NCBI GenBank assembly: GCA_044347345.1
Contig: JBIKUX010000002.1
Span: 64,001 to 128,000, forward strand
DNA: 64,000 bases
Direction of reading: 5' to 3'
From: Bdellovibrionota bacterium
GTDB lineage: Bacteria > Bdellovibrionota_C > UBA2361 > JBIKUX01
Part shown: positions 30,413 through 39,897 of the stretch, one piece after another
Position numbering within the stretch: position 1 is the first letter of the stretch
How the letters are laid out: the number at the start of each line of letters is the position of its first letter
Program-made: the position numbers and the translations under genes
Notes under the pieces: model-generated
What the model saw: only the letters and a program-made list of their open reading frames with translations
Database searches by the model: none
Told to the model about the DNA's origin: nothing

Positions 30413-30461
30413 TCCACAGTGGTACTATGAAGTCTTCGAGTACTATAAATTTTTAAGTATT

Positions 30462-31241
30462 ATGAATTTTACCCAAGCTCAAGAAGTGCCAATTCTCTCA
30501 ATCAAGTCTCTATCCAAGTCATTTGGACTTCAAACAGTTCTATCAAATGTTTCTCTTGATATTCATCGGGGTCAAACAACAGCCATTGTGGGGCCTAGTG
30601 GAGCGGGCAAATCAGTGCTTATTAAACTCATCATGGGCATACTTGCGCCTGATTCAGGTCAGGTATTTATTCGTGGAATTGATATGGCTGCCAAATCTAG
30701 CGAATATGAAAAAAATAAACTCAGACAAGGCCTGTCGATGCTTTTTCAATCTGCTGCTTTGTTTGACTCTTTAACAGTGTATGAAAATATTGGATTTCCT
30801 TTATCAACTCGGCTAGATATTAAAAGTTCTGAAGTGCATGATCGGGTAATGACTTTAGCTACATCGCTAAGTCTCAATCAGGTTCTTAGCCTCTATCCTC
30901 AGCAGATCTCTATGGGCACCAGAAAACGGGTAGGTATGGCTCGAGCACTGGTAACAGAACCTGAAATTATCCTCTTTGATGAGCCTAATACAGGCTTGGA
31001 TCCTGTTAACGGACAAGAAGTTTACGATCTAATAAATGAATGCCGAGTAAAATGGGGATTTACTGGTTTAGTCATTAGCCATGAATTACCAGAGGTCTTC
31101 CAAGTAGTCGACCGAGTTGCGATGCTACTCCAAGGCATAATTATTAAAGATTGTACTCCTACGGAATTTGCTGCATCAACTATTCCGGCAGTACAGCAGT
31201 TTTTACATGGAAAAATAGATGGTCCAATCAACATTCAGTAA
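30462..31241 (+). CDS. mlaF: MlaF ABC ATPase
   Basis: GPSGAGKS, FQSAALFDSLTVYENI, FDEPNTGLDP, ISHE; ATG 30462. Confidence 0.93.
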   Translation: MNFTQAQEVPILSIKSLSKSFGLQTVLSNVSLDIHRGQTTAIVGPSGAGKSVLIKLIMGILAPDSGQVFIRGIDMAAKSSEYEKNKLRQGLSMLFQSAALFDSLTVYENIGFPLSTRLDIKSSEVHDRVMTLATSLSLNQVLSLYPQQISMGTRKRVGMARALVTEPEIILFDEPNTGLDPVNGQEVYDLINECRVKWGFTGLVISHELPEVFQVVDRVAMLLQGIIIKDCTPTEFAASTIPAVQQFLHGKIDGPINIQ

Positions 31242-31740
31242 TTCAAAAGTAGCAGCCGCCCCAAAACGTAACTTCTCAATCGAGTTTTTTGTTGGGCTTT
31301 TCACCCTCATTGGATGTATCGCTGGTGGCTGGCTTGCAGTTGGTCTTGGTGGTGCGACTTTATTCTCCACTAATACCTACACAATTTACGCTGAATTCGA
31401 CAATATCTCTGGTTTAAAGGAGGGTGCATCAGTTGAAATTGCTGGAGTACAAATTGGAACAGTTACTGACCTTAAACTTAAAGATCCTTCAGCTATAGTA
31501 GCTTTAGCGCTCCATAAAGGAGTATCGATATATGAGGATGATATCGCCGCTATCCGCACCAAGGGAATCATCGGAGATAGATATATAAAAATTTCACGAG
31601 GTGGGGCTGGTGAACTTTTAAATCCTGAAGGCACTATTACAGAGACAGAATCAGTCGTAGATATTGAAGATTTAATCGGTAAAATCGTTCATACCATGTC
31701 AAGTGGTAACGACGATAAAAAACATTCTGAAGATAAATAA
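31219..31740 (+). CDS. mlaD: MlaD MCE-domain protein
   Basis: EFFVGLF, FDNISGLKEGASVEIAGVQIG, TKGIIGDRYI. Confidence 0.95.
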   Translation: MVQSTFSNSKVAAAPKRNFSIEFFVGLFTLIGCIAGGWLAVGLGGATLFSTNTYTIYAEFDNISGLKEGASVEIAGVQIGTVTDLKLKDPSAIVALALHKGVSIYEDDIAAIRTKGIIGDRYIKISRGGAGELLNPEGTITETESVVDIEDLIGKIVHTMSSGNDDKKHSEDK

Positions 31741-31762
31741 CTCATACTAAGGAAAATGCAAC

Positions 31763-32392
31763 ATGAAGATCCTTTTTGGCACTCTGCTTACAATAGTTGT
31801 GAGCACTTTGATTGGATTTATATCGCAGTTTCCGGTCTCTTCCGTTTCTGCACAAACAACATTCACTGCCAAGCAGCGGATAAGCAGTACGCTTGAAAAT
31901 CTAGTGAGTATAGTTGAACAAAACGGTGGCGAAGAAGTTTCAGCTATTCGTCGACAAAAGCTTCGCAGTGCTATTAACCCATATTTTGATTTTGCTGAGA
32001 TGTCTAAACGCTCCTTAGCCAAGCACTGGCAAGAGATGGATATTGACCAAAAAAGAGATTTTGTTTCTGCTTTTTCTAACTTACTTGCCCGAACCTACAT
32101 AGATAAAATTGAACTAATACGCAAAGGAATGGTGGAAGTTGTAAGCAATAAAGATTTTCCACCAACTACAAGTGGGGTAGAGCGGGCATCCGTAAAAACA
32201 ATGGTCACTCACAAAGGAGAAAAATTTCCCATAGAATACCGTCTTTATAGAAAAGGAGATGAAGACTGGAAAGTATATGATGTTATCGTAGAAAATATAG
32301 GGCTAGTGTCAAATTACAGAACAGAGTTTTCGTCAATTATCCGCAAAAAAGGCATATCTGGTCTCATAACGGACATTAAAGCCAAACAGTAA
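31763..32392 (+). CDS. mlaC: MlaC/Ttg2D phospholipid-binding protein
   Basis: FDFAEMSKRSL, WKVYDVIVENIGLVSNYRTEF. Confidence 0.93.
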   Translation: MKILFGTLLTIVVSTLIGFISQFPVSSVSAQTTFTAKQRISSTLENLVSIVEQNGGEEVSAIRRQKLRSAINPYFDFAEMSKRSLAKHWQEMDIDQKRDFVSAFSNLLARTYIDKIELIRKGMVEVVSNKDFPPTTSGVERASVKTMVTHKGEKFPIEYRLYRKGDEDWKVYDVIVENIGLVSNYRTEFSSIIRKKGISGLITDIKAKQ

Positions 32393-32507
32393 TTATAAAT
32401 TAATAATGTTTGAGATTCTAACTTGTTTCTGAAGTTCTCAGCATAAAGAGTCCTCTATTTACATCATATTTTTGGTGCTGAAATCGTAGTCAACGAATCA
32501 TACCCAT

Positions 32508-33383
32508 ATGATTACGACGTTAACATTATTATTTGGACTTCTTGTAGGAAGTTTCCTTTCGGTATGCATTTACCGTATTCCTCGAGGTGCAGGATACGAA
32601 GATTTGCATGAAACTCCTCCTGAACCTCACGAGCGGCCTTTACATATTAATTCACCTGCGAGGTCTTTTTGTCCTTCATGTCTCCAACAATTGAGATGGT
32701 TTGAAAATATTCCAGTAATTAGTTGGGTGCTTCAACGAGGCAAATGTCGAAATTGTAAAACATCCATATCAGCTAGATATCCAACGGTTGAGTTAATGAG
32801 TGCAGGTTTTGCTATTTTGTCATTAACACAATTTGGATTTACCCCCACGGCACTGTTGGTTTATATTTTTTGCTCTGCTCTCATCGTTGTTTCTTTTATT
32901 GATTACGACTTTTACATTATTCCAGACAGCATTTCCCTAGGTGGCACAATCCTTGGTTTAGTTATAGCGCTTATAAACTGGAAGTATAGTTTTTTTACAT
33001 GGCCCATTACTCCTAATCTATTAGAAAGTATCTTAGGAATCATTGCGGGTGCTGGATTTTTACTTGTTGTTGCTGAGTTGTATTTCTATCTGAGAAAAAT
33101 TGAAGGACTTGGTTTAGGAGATGTTAAACTTCTAGCCATGACTGGTGCCCTATTAGGGCCAAAGTGCGCCCTATACACCATATTTATTGGGGCTTTTATC
33201 GGCACAGTAGTTGGTGTGTTAATGATTTTATTAACGCACCGAACAATAAAGCATTACTTACCTTTTGGGCCATTTTTAGCTATAGGTACAATTTTATACC
33301 TTTTTTTCAATCATGAAATTGAGAGTACATTACTAACTTTTATGGAACTCTATTCTGAGAAGATCATTAGTCTATTTGGCTAA
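32508..33383 (+). CDS. pilD: Prepilin peptidase (A24)
   Basis: GSFLSVCIYRIP, CPSC...CRNC, FIDYD, GLGDVKL, PFGPFL. Confidence 0.95.
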   Translation: MITTLTLLFGLLVGSFLSVCIYRIPRGAGYEDLHETPPEPHERPLHINSPARSFCPSCLQQLRWFENIPVISWVLQRGKCRNCKTSISARYPTVELMSAGFAILSLTQFGFTPTALLVYIFCSALIVVSFIDYDFYIIPDSISLGGTILGLVIALINWKYSFFTWPITPNLLESILGIIAGAGFLLVVAELYFYLRKIEGLGLGDVKLLAMTGALLGPKCALYTIFIGAFIGTVVGVLMILLTHRTIKHYLPFGPFLAIGTILYLFFNHEIESTLLTFMELYSEKIISLFG

Positions 33384-33386
33384 GCG

Positions 33387-34772
33387 GTGATGCTCATGAT
33401 AAATTCTCTACTTATTGAGGATGAAAGTACTAATCCAGTATTTATAGAAATAATAGAGAAAGCTCTCAACTATTCAAACATTTCTTTAAAAGTATCACGT
33501 TTTGTAACGAATCTGAGCTTATTTAGTGAAAAGAATGATATTCTCCTTCTTACTGACACTTTTTTGAAATCCGCTAAAGACTCCCTCATTGCTAACTATC
33601 GTGCTCATCTAACGGTAAAACATCCTCTCATAATAGGATTTGGTAATACAGAACTTACATCACTAGAACTACCAAGTATAATCTTTGATATTATTCCTCT
33701 GAATGCTGATATAAATTTTTATATTTCATTCTTCAAAAAGTTAGTTGTACAACTTAATAATTTTATAATTTATCCATCACAAACAATCGATACAGATAAG
33801 CAAGAACACAAAAATCCTCAATGGGTAGTAGAAAGTGATGCGATGAAAAATTTAGTTAAAACAATACATCGCCTTGCTGTATTTGATACTACAGTGCTAA
33901 TTAAGGGAGAGTCTGGTACGGGAAAAGAACTAGTAGCTCGAGAGCTTCACTTACAATCGACTCGCAATAATTCGCCCTTTATTGCTATTAACTGTGGTGC
34001 AATACCTGAAAGTCTTCTTGAATCTGAGCTATTTGGGCACCGCAAAGGAGCGTTCACAGATGCAACTCAAGACAAAAAAGGATTATTTGAAGAGGCTAAC
34101 GGTGGAACACTTTTTCTCGATGAAATTGGGGAAATGCCATTACAACTTCAAGTTAAACTTTTAAGAGCTCTGCAAGAGCGAGCAATAAGACCTGTAGGTG
34201 CTGAATCAATTATACCCATAAACGTTAGAATAGTAGCAGCAACCCTTAGGGATCTTGAAAACGATGTTGATGAAGGGAGATTTCGCGAAGATCTTCTATA
34301 TCGACTTAATGTGGTGACCATACATCTTCCACCACTAAGAGAGAGGAAAATTGAGATTCCTATTTTAGTGGGTTACTTTATAAAGAAGCATTCAAGACGC
34401 TTGGGAGTAAAGGGTAAAACTTTATCTGAAAAGGCTCTCAATCTACTTCTTTCTTATCACTGGCCTGGTAATATTCGTGAACTAGAAAATTGTATTGAAA
34501 GAGCACTAGTGCTCTCAACTGACTCAATAATTGATATTGATAAACTACCGCCAAATATAGCTAAAATTGGTTCATCTAATCTTGACTACTCCGGCCGTAA
34601 CCATTTATCGTTTGAATCTCTTTCCATTAAAGAACAAACTAAAGAGCTTGAACGCACCCTTATTGCTAAAGCTCTAAGCACTACCAAAGGTAACAGAACA
34701 CGTGCTGCCAAAATATTAGAAATAAGCCATCGAGCCTTACTCTATAAACTCAAAGAATACCAATTTGAATAA
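33387..34772 (+). CDS. Sigma54-dependent enhancer-binding protein with degenerate N-terminal receiver
   Basis: GESGTGKE, GAFTDA, FLDEIGE, WPGNIREL, Fis-type HTH. Confidence 0.92.
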   Translation: MMLMINSLLIEDESTNPVFIEIIEKALNYSNISLKVSRFVTNLSLFSEKNDILLLTDTFLKSAKDSLIANYRAHLTVKHPLIIGFGNTELTSLELPSIIFDIIPLNADINFYISFFKKLVVQLNNFIIYPSQTIDTDKQEHKNPQWVVESDAMKNLVKTIHRLAVFDTTVLIKGESGTGKELVARELHLQSTRNNSPFIAINCGAIPESLLESELFGHRKGAFTDATQDKKGLFEEANGGTLFLDEIGEMPLQLQVKLLRALQERAIRPVGAESIIPINVRIVAATLRDLENDVDEGRFREDLLYRLNVVTIHLPPLRERKIEIPILVGYFIKKHSRRLGVKGKTLSEKALNLLLSYHWPGNIRELENCIERALVLSTDSIIDIDKLPPNIAKIGSSNLDYSGRNHLSFESLSIKEQTKELERTLIAKALSTTKGNRTRAAKILEISHRALLYKLKEYQFE

Positions 34773-34800
34773 CTCTACTTTTCCAGGCCAAGAATAAAGA

Positions 34801-35661
34801 ATGAGATTTGCTTACGACTACTTTCCCGCAGGCTTTAGGCAGATGCCAAGCCACTGCAATACCAAATCTTCCTCATCTTGCTCTTCACTTGCCATAGTGC
34901 TTCACGGGTTAATGGGGTCTCGAGCAGACGACGATGCCCTGAAACTCCCAGATTGGCGCGAGTTAACATCAACAAATATGGCAGTGTTAAGGTACGACGC
35001 TCGCGGTCACGGGGAGTCACTACTTACTGCCGATAATGATGGATCTGAGCGGTATACATGGAAAGCTCTTGCAGATGATCTCATCGAAGTTCTTACGTGG
35101 GCTCTAAAAGAGTACAATCACAAGGAAGTTGTTTTAATTGGTAGTTCAATGGGAACAGGAACAGCATTATGGGCCTCAGTAGCATCATCTACCTTACCAA
35201 TTCGTGCGCTTGTACTCGCAATACCATCAACTACTGGCACTGAGCGAGATGCAACTCGAGTGGTTGTTCGTAGGTGGGCGGATATTATTGAGAAGAACGG
35301 AGTTAAGGCGTTTATTGAACTTCTCACTTCATCACCCAAAACACCTATATTAGAGGAAGCAATTCCAGAATACCGAGATATCACATTGCCACGCATAGCG
35401 AAGATGCATCCAACTGCTCTGATCAACATGTTTCGCGGTGCCGCGATTTCTAATTTTCCCTCTGCTGAGGAGATTATGGCGATCCCGTATCCTACACTAA
35501 TTCTTTGTCGAGATAAGGATAGTATGCATCCGCTATCTGCGGGTGAATATTTGCAAAAATTATTACCCAATAATAAAACTATTATCACCCACCAAGGATT
35601 AGAAATTAAATCATGGCCAAAAAAAGTCCTTGAATGGTTACAGTCGGTACCAAATGCATGA
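34801..35661 (+). CDS. Alpha/beta hydrolase
   Basis: LHGL, YDARGHGES, GSSMG nucleophile elbow, DSMHP. Confidence 0.88.
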   Translation: MRFAYDYFPAGFRQMPSHCNTKSSSSCSSLAIVLHGLMGSRADDDALKLPDWRELTSTNMAVLRYDARGHGESLLTADNDGSERYTWKALADDLIEVLTWALKEYNHKEVVLIGSSMGTGTALWASVASSTLPIRALVLAIPSTTGTERDATRVVVRRWADIIEKNGVKAFIELLTSSPKTPILEEAIPEYRDITLPRIAKMHPTALINMFRGAAISNFPSAEEIMAIPYPTLILCRDKDSMHPLSAGEYLQKLLPNNKTIITHQGLEIKSWPKKVLEWLQSVPNA

Positions 35662-35949
35662 AGTGCATATAGTGCCAATCTTCTGAATACCTAAATTAGT
35701 AACAAAAAAGTTCCTGTCTAACCTAACCTAGTTTAAGCTAGGTTACGACACTAGAGCCAAACTACAGCAGAGGCATACACTTAAATTACTTGACTCATAA
35801 GTAAACATGTCAGGAAAAAATTTAACTAGCTGGTGTTTGCAAAAGATAAAGTATCTCTTAAACAAATTTTACGGACAATCGTGGAGCTGACCGGTTAGAA
35901 GATGTTAATTTAACATTACGCATAAGCAGTAAAGAGGGAGAAAGTCACC

Positions 35950-37023
35950 ATGCCTATTAAAGCGCACCCCCACATTTCAGCCATGTCACCTTACAAACCT
36001 CCTATCGAGGGGCGTAGCTCATATCCCTATCTGCTGCTTGATTTTAATGAGCGCACTATTCCTCTTCCAGAGGTCATCATTAAAAAAATTGTAGTATGGA
36101 TACAAAAGAACAAACTCCACAAGTATCCTGAATATAGTGATATCGCCGAGCTTATTGCTGGGTACGCAGAGGTGCCAAGTGATCGAGTGATGATTACTAA
36201 TGGATCCGATCAAGGTATAGACATAATATTTCGAGCCTTCACTGGAAAGGGAGACGAGGCAATTATACCAACTCCTACGTTTACGATGCATGGCCACTGT
36301 GCTAATCTACAAGGGTGCATCTTAATTGAGCCTGTCTACACTCGTGACAAAGGATATCCCCTAGAAGGGGTTCTTAGTGCAGTATCTCCTCGCACAAAGC
36401 TAATTGTAATCTGTAATCCCAATAGTCCTACTGGAACACTTCTTGAAGTCGAGGGTATTAGGAATATCGCGGCCGCTGCTCCTGATGCTGTAGTACTAGT
36501 CGATGAGTGCTACTTTGAGTACGCAAAAGTCACGGCAAGAGACTTATTATCTAAGCATCCAAACATAATTATTACACGTACATTTTCTAAGACATGGGGG
36601 CTTTCATCCCTTCGCATTGGCTACATTATTGCTGTGCCTGAGGTTATCTCTGAACTTCTTAAAGTACGAGGCCCTTATGATATGAACATGGTCGCTATTG
36701 AGGCACTTCGAGCCGCGTTTGCACACCGTGAATATCTGGACGACTACGTCAAGGAAGTTATGGAGGTCTCGTTACCAAAATTTGAAGCATTTTTAACTGA
36801 AGTACAAATTCCATTCTGGTCAACGCATTCAAATTTTATCCTTATTCATCCTCCTCACGTCGCTGAACTTGAAAAGCGACTCCAATCGAAGAAAATTCTT
36901 GTGCGACCTCGCAAAGGACCAGGAATTGATAACACACTACGAATCACAATAGGCACACTTGACCAAATGGAGGCAGTAATTGAAGTAATTCGTTCTTTTC
37001 TAGAGGAAAAGGGCACGTTATGA
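35950..37023 (+). CDS. hisC: Histidinol-phosphate aminotransferase
   Basis: DFNE, NGSDQ, CNPNSPTG, VDECY, RTFSKTWGLSSLRIGY, RITIGT. Confidence 0.9.
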   Translation: MPIKAHPHISAMSPYKPPIEGRSSYPYLLLDFNERTIPLPEVIIKKIVVWIQKNKLHKYPEYSDIAELIAGYAEVPSDRVMITNGSDQGIDIIFRAFTGKGDEAIIPTPTFTMHGHCANLQGCILIEPVYTRDKGYPLEGVLSAVSPRTKLIVICNPNSPTGTLLEVEGIRNIAAAAPDAVVLVDECYFEYAKVTARDLLSKHPNIIITRTFSKTWGLSSLRIGYIIAVPEVISELLKVRGPYDMNMVAIEALRAAFAHREYLDDYVKEVMEVSLPKFEAFLTEVQIPFWSTHSNFILIHPPHVAELEKRLQSKKILVRPRKGPGIDNTLRITIGTLDQMEAVIEVIRSFLEEKGTL

Positions 37024-37874
37024 CAACAACCGATATTGAAGAGCGTATTAAACTAACCCACCGACTTGCTGATGTAGCTGGTGATGTATTACGTAGCTAC
37101 TTTCGTGCAGGTCCCATTGATTCAGGTACCAAAATTAAGGAGATATCCTCAATAGTCACTATTGCTGATACCCAAGTCGAGCACATCATGCGAAGTCTTA
37201 TCCGCCAACATTTTCCGGAAGATGGTATCATCGGAGAAGAGCTAGGATCAGTTCCTTCAAAAGGAAGTGGCGTATCGTGGGTAATAGATCCTATAGATGG
37301 AACTTCTTCGTTTGTACGAGGTTTGCCCGTTTTTGGTACCCTAATTGGATGCATAAATGATGAAACCGGAGAGGTTTTATGTGGAGTGCTTGATCAAGCT
37401 ATACTTGGTGAACGGTTCGTAGCATATAGTAAAAAAGAAGAAAATAATACAACAACAATATCATTAACCCTAAACGGAGAGCCGATCTATTCCTCTTATA
37501 CTGACGGGGAGCGATACTCATCACTAGCTGAAGTGTGTCTATGCTCTACTACTCCAAGAATGTTTGTCTCTTATAAAGAACAAGAGTGCATTAAGAATGC
37601 TTGGGCTGTTTGTAAAAGAACAGCCTTTGGTGGTGATTGCTACAACTATGCTATGCTTGCTTCTGGAAGATCAGCCATGCCACTTGTTGTACTTGAAGCT
37701 GACATGAAGTACTTTGATTTTTGTGCTCTAATTCCAATTATAAAAGGTTCAGGTGGGTACATTACTGATTGGACAGGACAATCACTCACCAAAGATTCAA
37801 CTCAAGTTCTCGCTGCACCAAATATAAATTTATGGGAACAAATGATAAAAGTACTCGGCAAAACTAATGAGTAA
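37020..37874 (+). CDS. hisN: Inositol-monophosphatase-family enzyme, likely histidinol-phosphatase
   Basis: GIIGEE, DPIDGTSSFVRGLPVFGTLI, FGGDCYNY, ITDWTG; ATGA overlap with hisC. Confidence 0.8.
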   Translation: MTTTDIEERIKLTHRLADVAGDVLRSYFRAGPIDSGTKIKEISSIVTIADTQVEHIMRSLIRQHFPEDGIIGEELGSVPSKGSGVSWVIDPIDGTSSFVRGLPVFGTLIGCINDETGEVLCGVLDQAILGERFVAYSKKEENNTTTISLTLNGEPIYSSYTDGERYSSLAEVCLCSTTPRMFVSYKEQECIKNAWAVCKRTAFGGDCYNYAMLASGRSAMPLVVLEADMKYFDFCALIPIIKGSGGYITDWTGQSLTKDSTQVLAAPNINLWEQMIKVLGKTNE

Positions 37875-38190
37875 AGCTAATGTATTAATGGTTACATTTT
37901 TATCCGTTTAGGATAAACCTTATAGCTTGAATAATTAAAGATACAAGTTAACTTTCTTACTTTTTATTTTTACCCTTAGTAATAAATATCCTTGCGTTTA
38001 CTGACAAACAAAGTACGAATAGTGTTTTGTTTTTATAGCGCGCACATTAGAAGGGTTTTTAATTTAAATGTATTTGGTAACTACACCTACTCCAATTGTC
38101 TATCGTAACATTCTCAATTACTTCCATATATGAATTAGGTGACTAAGTGCTAAGGACTAAGCCTCACAGGAAGCTACTTCTGTTAGATGT

Positions 38191-38230
38191 AGGTAAGGTT
38201 AGGTTAAGTTAGGTTAATTTAAGTTAAGTC
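38191..38230. repeat. Degenerate pentamer array (A[G/A]GTT) x8
   Basis: aggta aggtt aggtt aagtt aggtt aattt aagtt aagtc. Confidence 0.8.
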
Positions 38231-38446
38231 AAAGCGGCACCTGCTCAAGCCAAGTTGGTAAATCGAGTGCCGTGCCCGCCTCCCGCCTCGCGTCTATGCA
38301 TAGAACCGAATCAGGTCTTTCTCTGGGCGCTACCCTTACCCTACCTCGTGCAATGCATTTAGATTATCAAACGCTCCCCGTTTTCCAGTAACTGCTCCAC
38401 CTTAACGCAGATCAAGTCATTTAGCGGTTCTTTACAACATATAAAT

Positions 38447-39139
38447 CTAAATTTGAGTAATATGAAATACCCTGAGCAAAAACATTCCCCACAACCACCA
38501 TTGAAATAAGACCAAAAGAGCCGCTAAAAAAGGAGAAAACGGGGATGGATAAGAAGATTTACTAATGTTAATAAATTTTTTAGTTACTACGGCACGTGCT
38601 CTTTCAATCCAATGAAGTAAAAAGCAGGACAAAAATATTCCGAGAGCACCACCGCTCAGCCCCCACAACAATAGCTCTGCACTTACAACTTTAGGGTCAG
38701 CTAACTTACTTATGATCAGTCGATCTCCGTAACCAAAAGCCGAAAAGGTTAGAAGAGCTCCTATCATTGATGTAGCAAGGATAACAGCACTTAATAAATC
38801 AACACCGACACCTCCCAATACCACTACCAACGTAGTGGCCAAAGCTATGCGGTAAAATACACCCGCTAACTTAAATCTGACATCGGACTTAGAACAAGAT
38901 GACTTAGGAGCAAGTAACTTCGACTGAACTGGAACTATTGATAAATCAACGGGTAAATTATCCTCAGCCGAAAAGTCGGCATACAGATACAACGTGCCTG
39001 AATGTGAATCAATCTCAAAAACTTTCATCTTACCCAAGTTATAGTTCCGTGATGCCAATTTACGACCTAAAGCATCGTAGGAAAGAGGGATAATTTTAAA
39101 ATTTTCTAATAATAAGAGCCGAACAGATGAAACAAACAA
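38447..39139 (-). CDS. Membrane protein with divergent DUF1294-like segment
   Basis: FSAFGYGDR...ELLLWGLSGGALGIFL resembles DUF1294; several TM helices; start uncertain. Confidence 0.5.
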   Translation of the reverse strand: MFVSSVRLLLLENFKIIPLSYDALGRKLASRNYNLGKMKVFEIDSHSGTLYLYADFSAEDNLPVDLSIVPVQSKLLAPKSSCSKSDVRFKLAGVFYRIALATTLVVVLGGVGVDLLSAVILATSMIGALLTFSAFGYGDRLIISKLADPKVVSAELLLWGLSGGALGIFLSCFLLHWIERARAVVTKKFINISKSSYPSPFSPFLAALLVLFQWWLWGMFLLRVFHITQI

Positions 39140-39143
39140 AAAT

Positions 39144-39887
39144 ATGAAACATCATCTTAATCGTATTAGCCAATTAAAACGGCGCCTTACAATCACATCT
39201 CAGCTAAGATGTTCCACAAATACCAAAGATTTAAAGACTTTGCCCAATCCCAACAAATCTTCCAATAGAACGGTATTAGTATTAAACAACGATGCCCGAA
39301 TAGCCGAGGCAGTTACCGTTCAACTACTACGCTTAGATCCGCAAATTTCAATAATATACGCTCCCACTCTCACAAGTGCCAAGGTATTTCTTAAAGGATG
39401 CCCAGTATCACTAATTATAACCGAAGAAACACTACCAGATGGAAGTGCTTACCTACTTCGAAGTACACTAGAGGAATCAGGACAAGAGCCACAATTAATA
39501 ATCCTAAGCCAAGCTCATAACTTTAGTGGTCTACCATTTGAAGCCGTAAGCCCTTACCGATTTGCACGAGTACAACTAATTGGTAGTACTCACTCATATA
39601 ATCGAGGCTTAACAGAAGCTTCGAGCAACCAATGCCCTACCAAGACACATATTTCTGCACTAAAGCGTCAGATTCGTGCTGAATTAAAAGACAGCGTCAA
39701 TAACCCATTACAAGAGATCCTTGCCATGGTATACGTAGCTCGCAACTGCTCTGAAACAAACGCGCTATTAAACGAAGCTCTTAAGGCTATTGAAACAGCT
39801 GCTGAAAAAATAGCCAGCGAGGTAGCTAATGCTACATCTTCTAGGTTAAGTCTTAGTACAACAGAATTACTAAAAATTGCCGGCTAA
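39144..39887 (+). CDS. Pseudo-receiver plus HisKA-like helical domain
   Basis: VLVLNND, LIITEETLPDGSA, LIILS; ELKDSVNNPLQEI resembles an H-box without His. Confidence 0.6.
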   Translation: MKHHLNRISQLKRRLTITSQLRCSTNTKDLKTLPNPNKSSNRTVLVLNNDARIAEAVTVQLLRLDPQISIIYAPTLTSAKVFLKGCPVSLIITEETLPDGSAYLLRSTLEESGQEPQLIILSQAHNFSGLPFEAVSPYRFARVQLIGSTHSYNRGLTEASSNQCPTKTHISALKRQIRAELKDSVNNPLQEILAMVYVARNCSETNALLNEALKAIETAAEKIASEVANATSSRLSLSTTELLKIAG

Positions 39888-39897
39888 TAAATCTAAA

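Noticed and set aside
35118..35678. 186-aa minus-strand ORF
   Set aside because: Antisense shadow of the alpha/beta hydrolase; no motifs
35662..35949. His attenuator leader
   Set aside because: No His-codon run or terminator/antiterminator pair found
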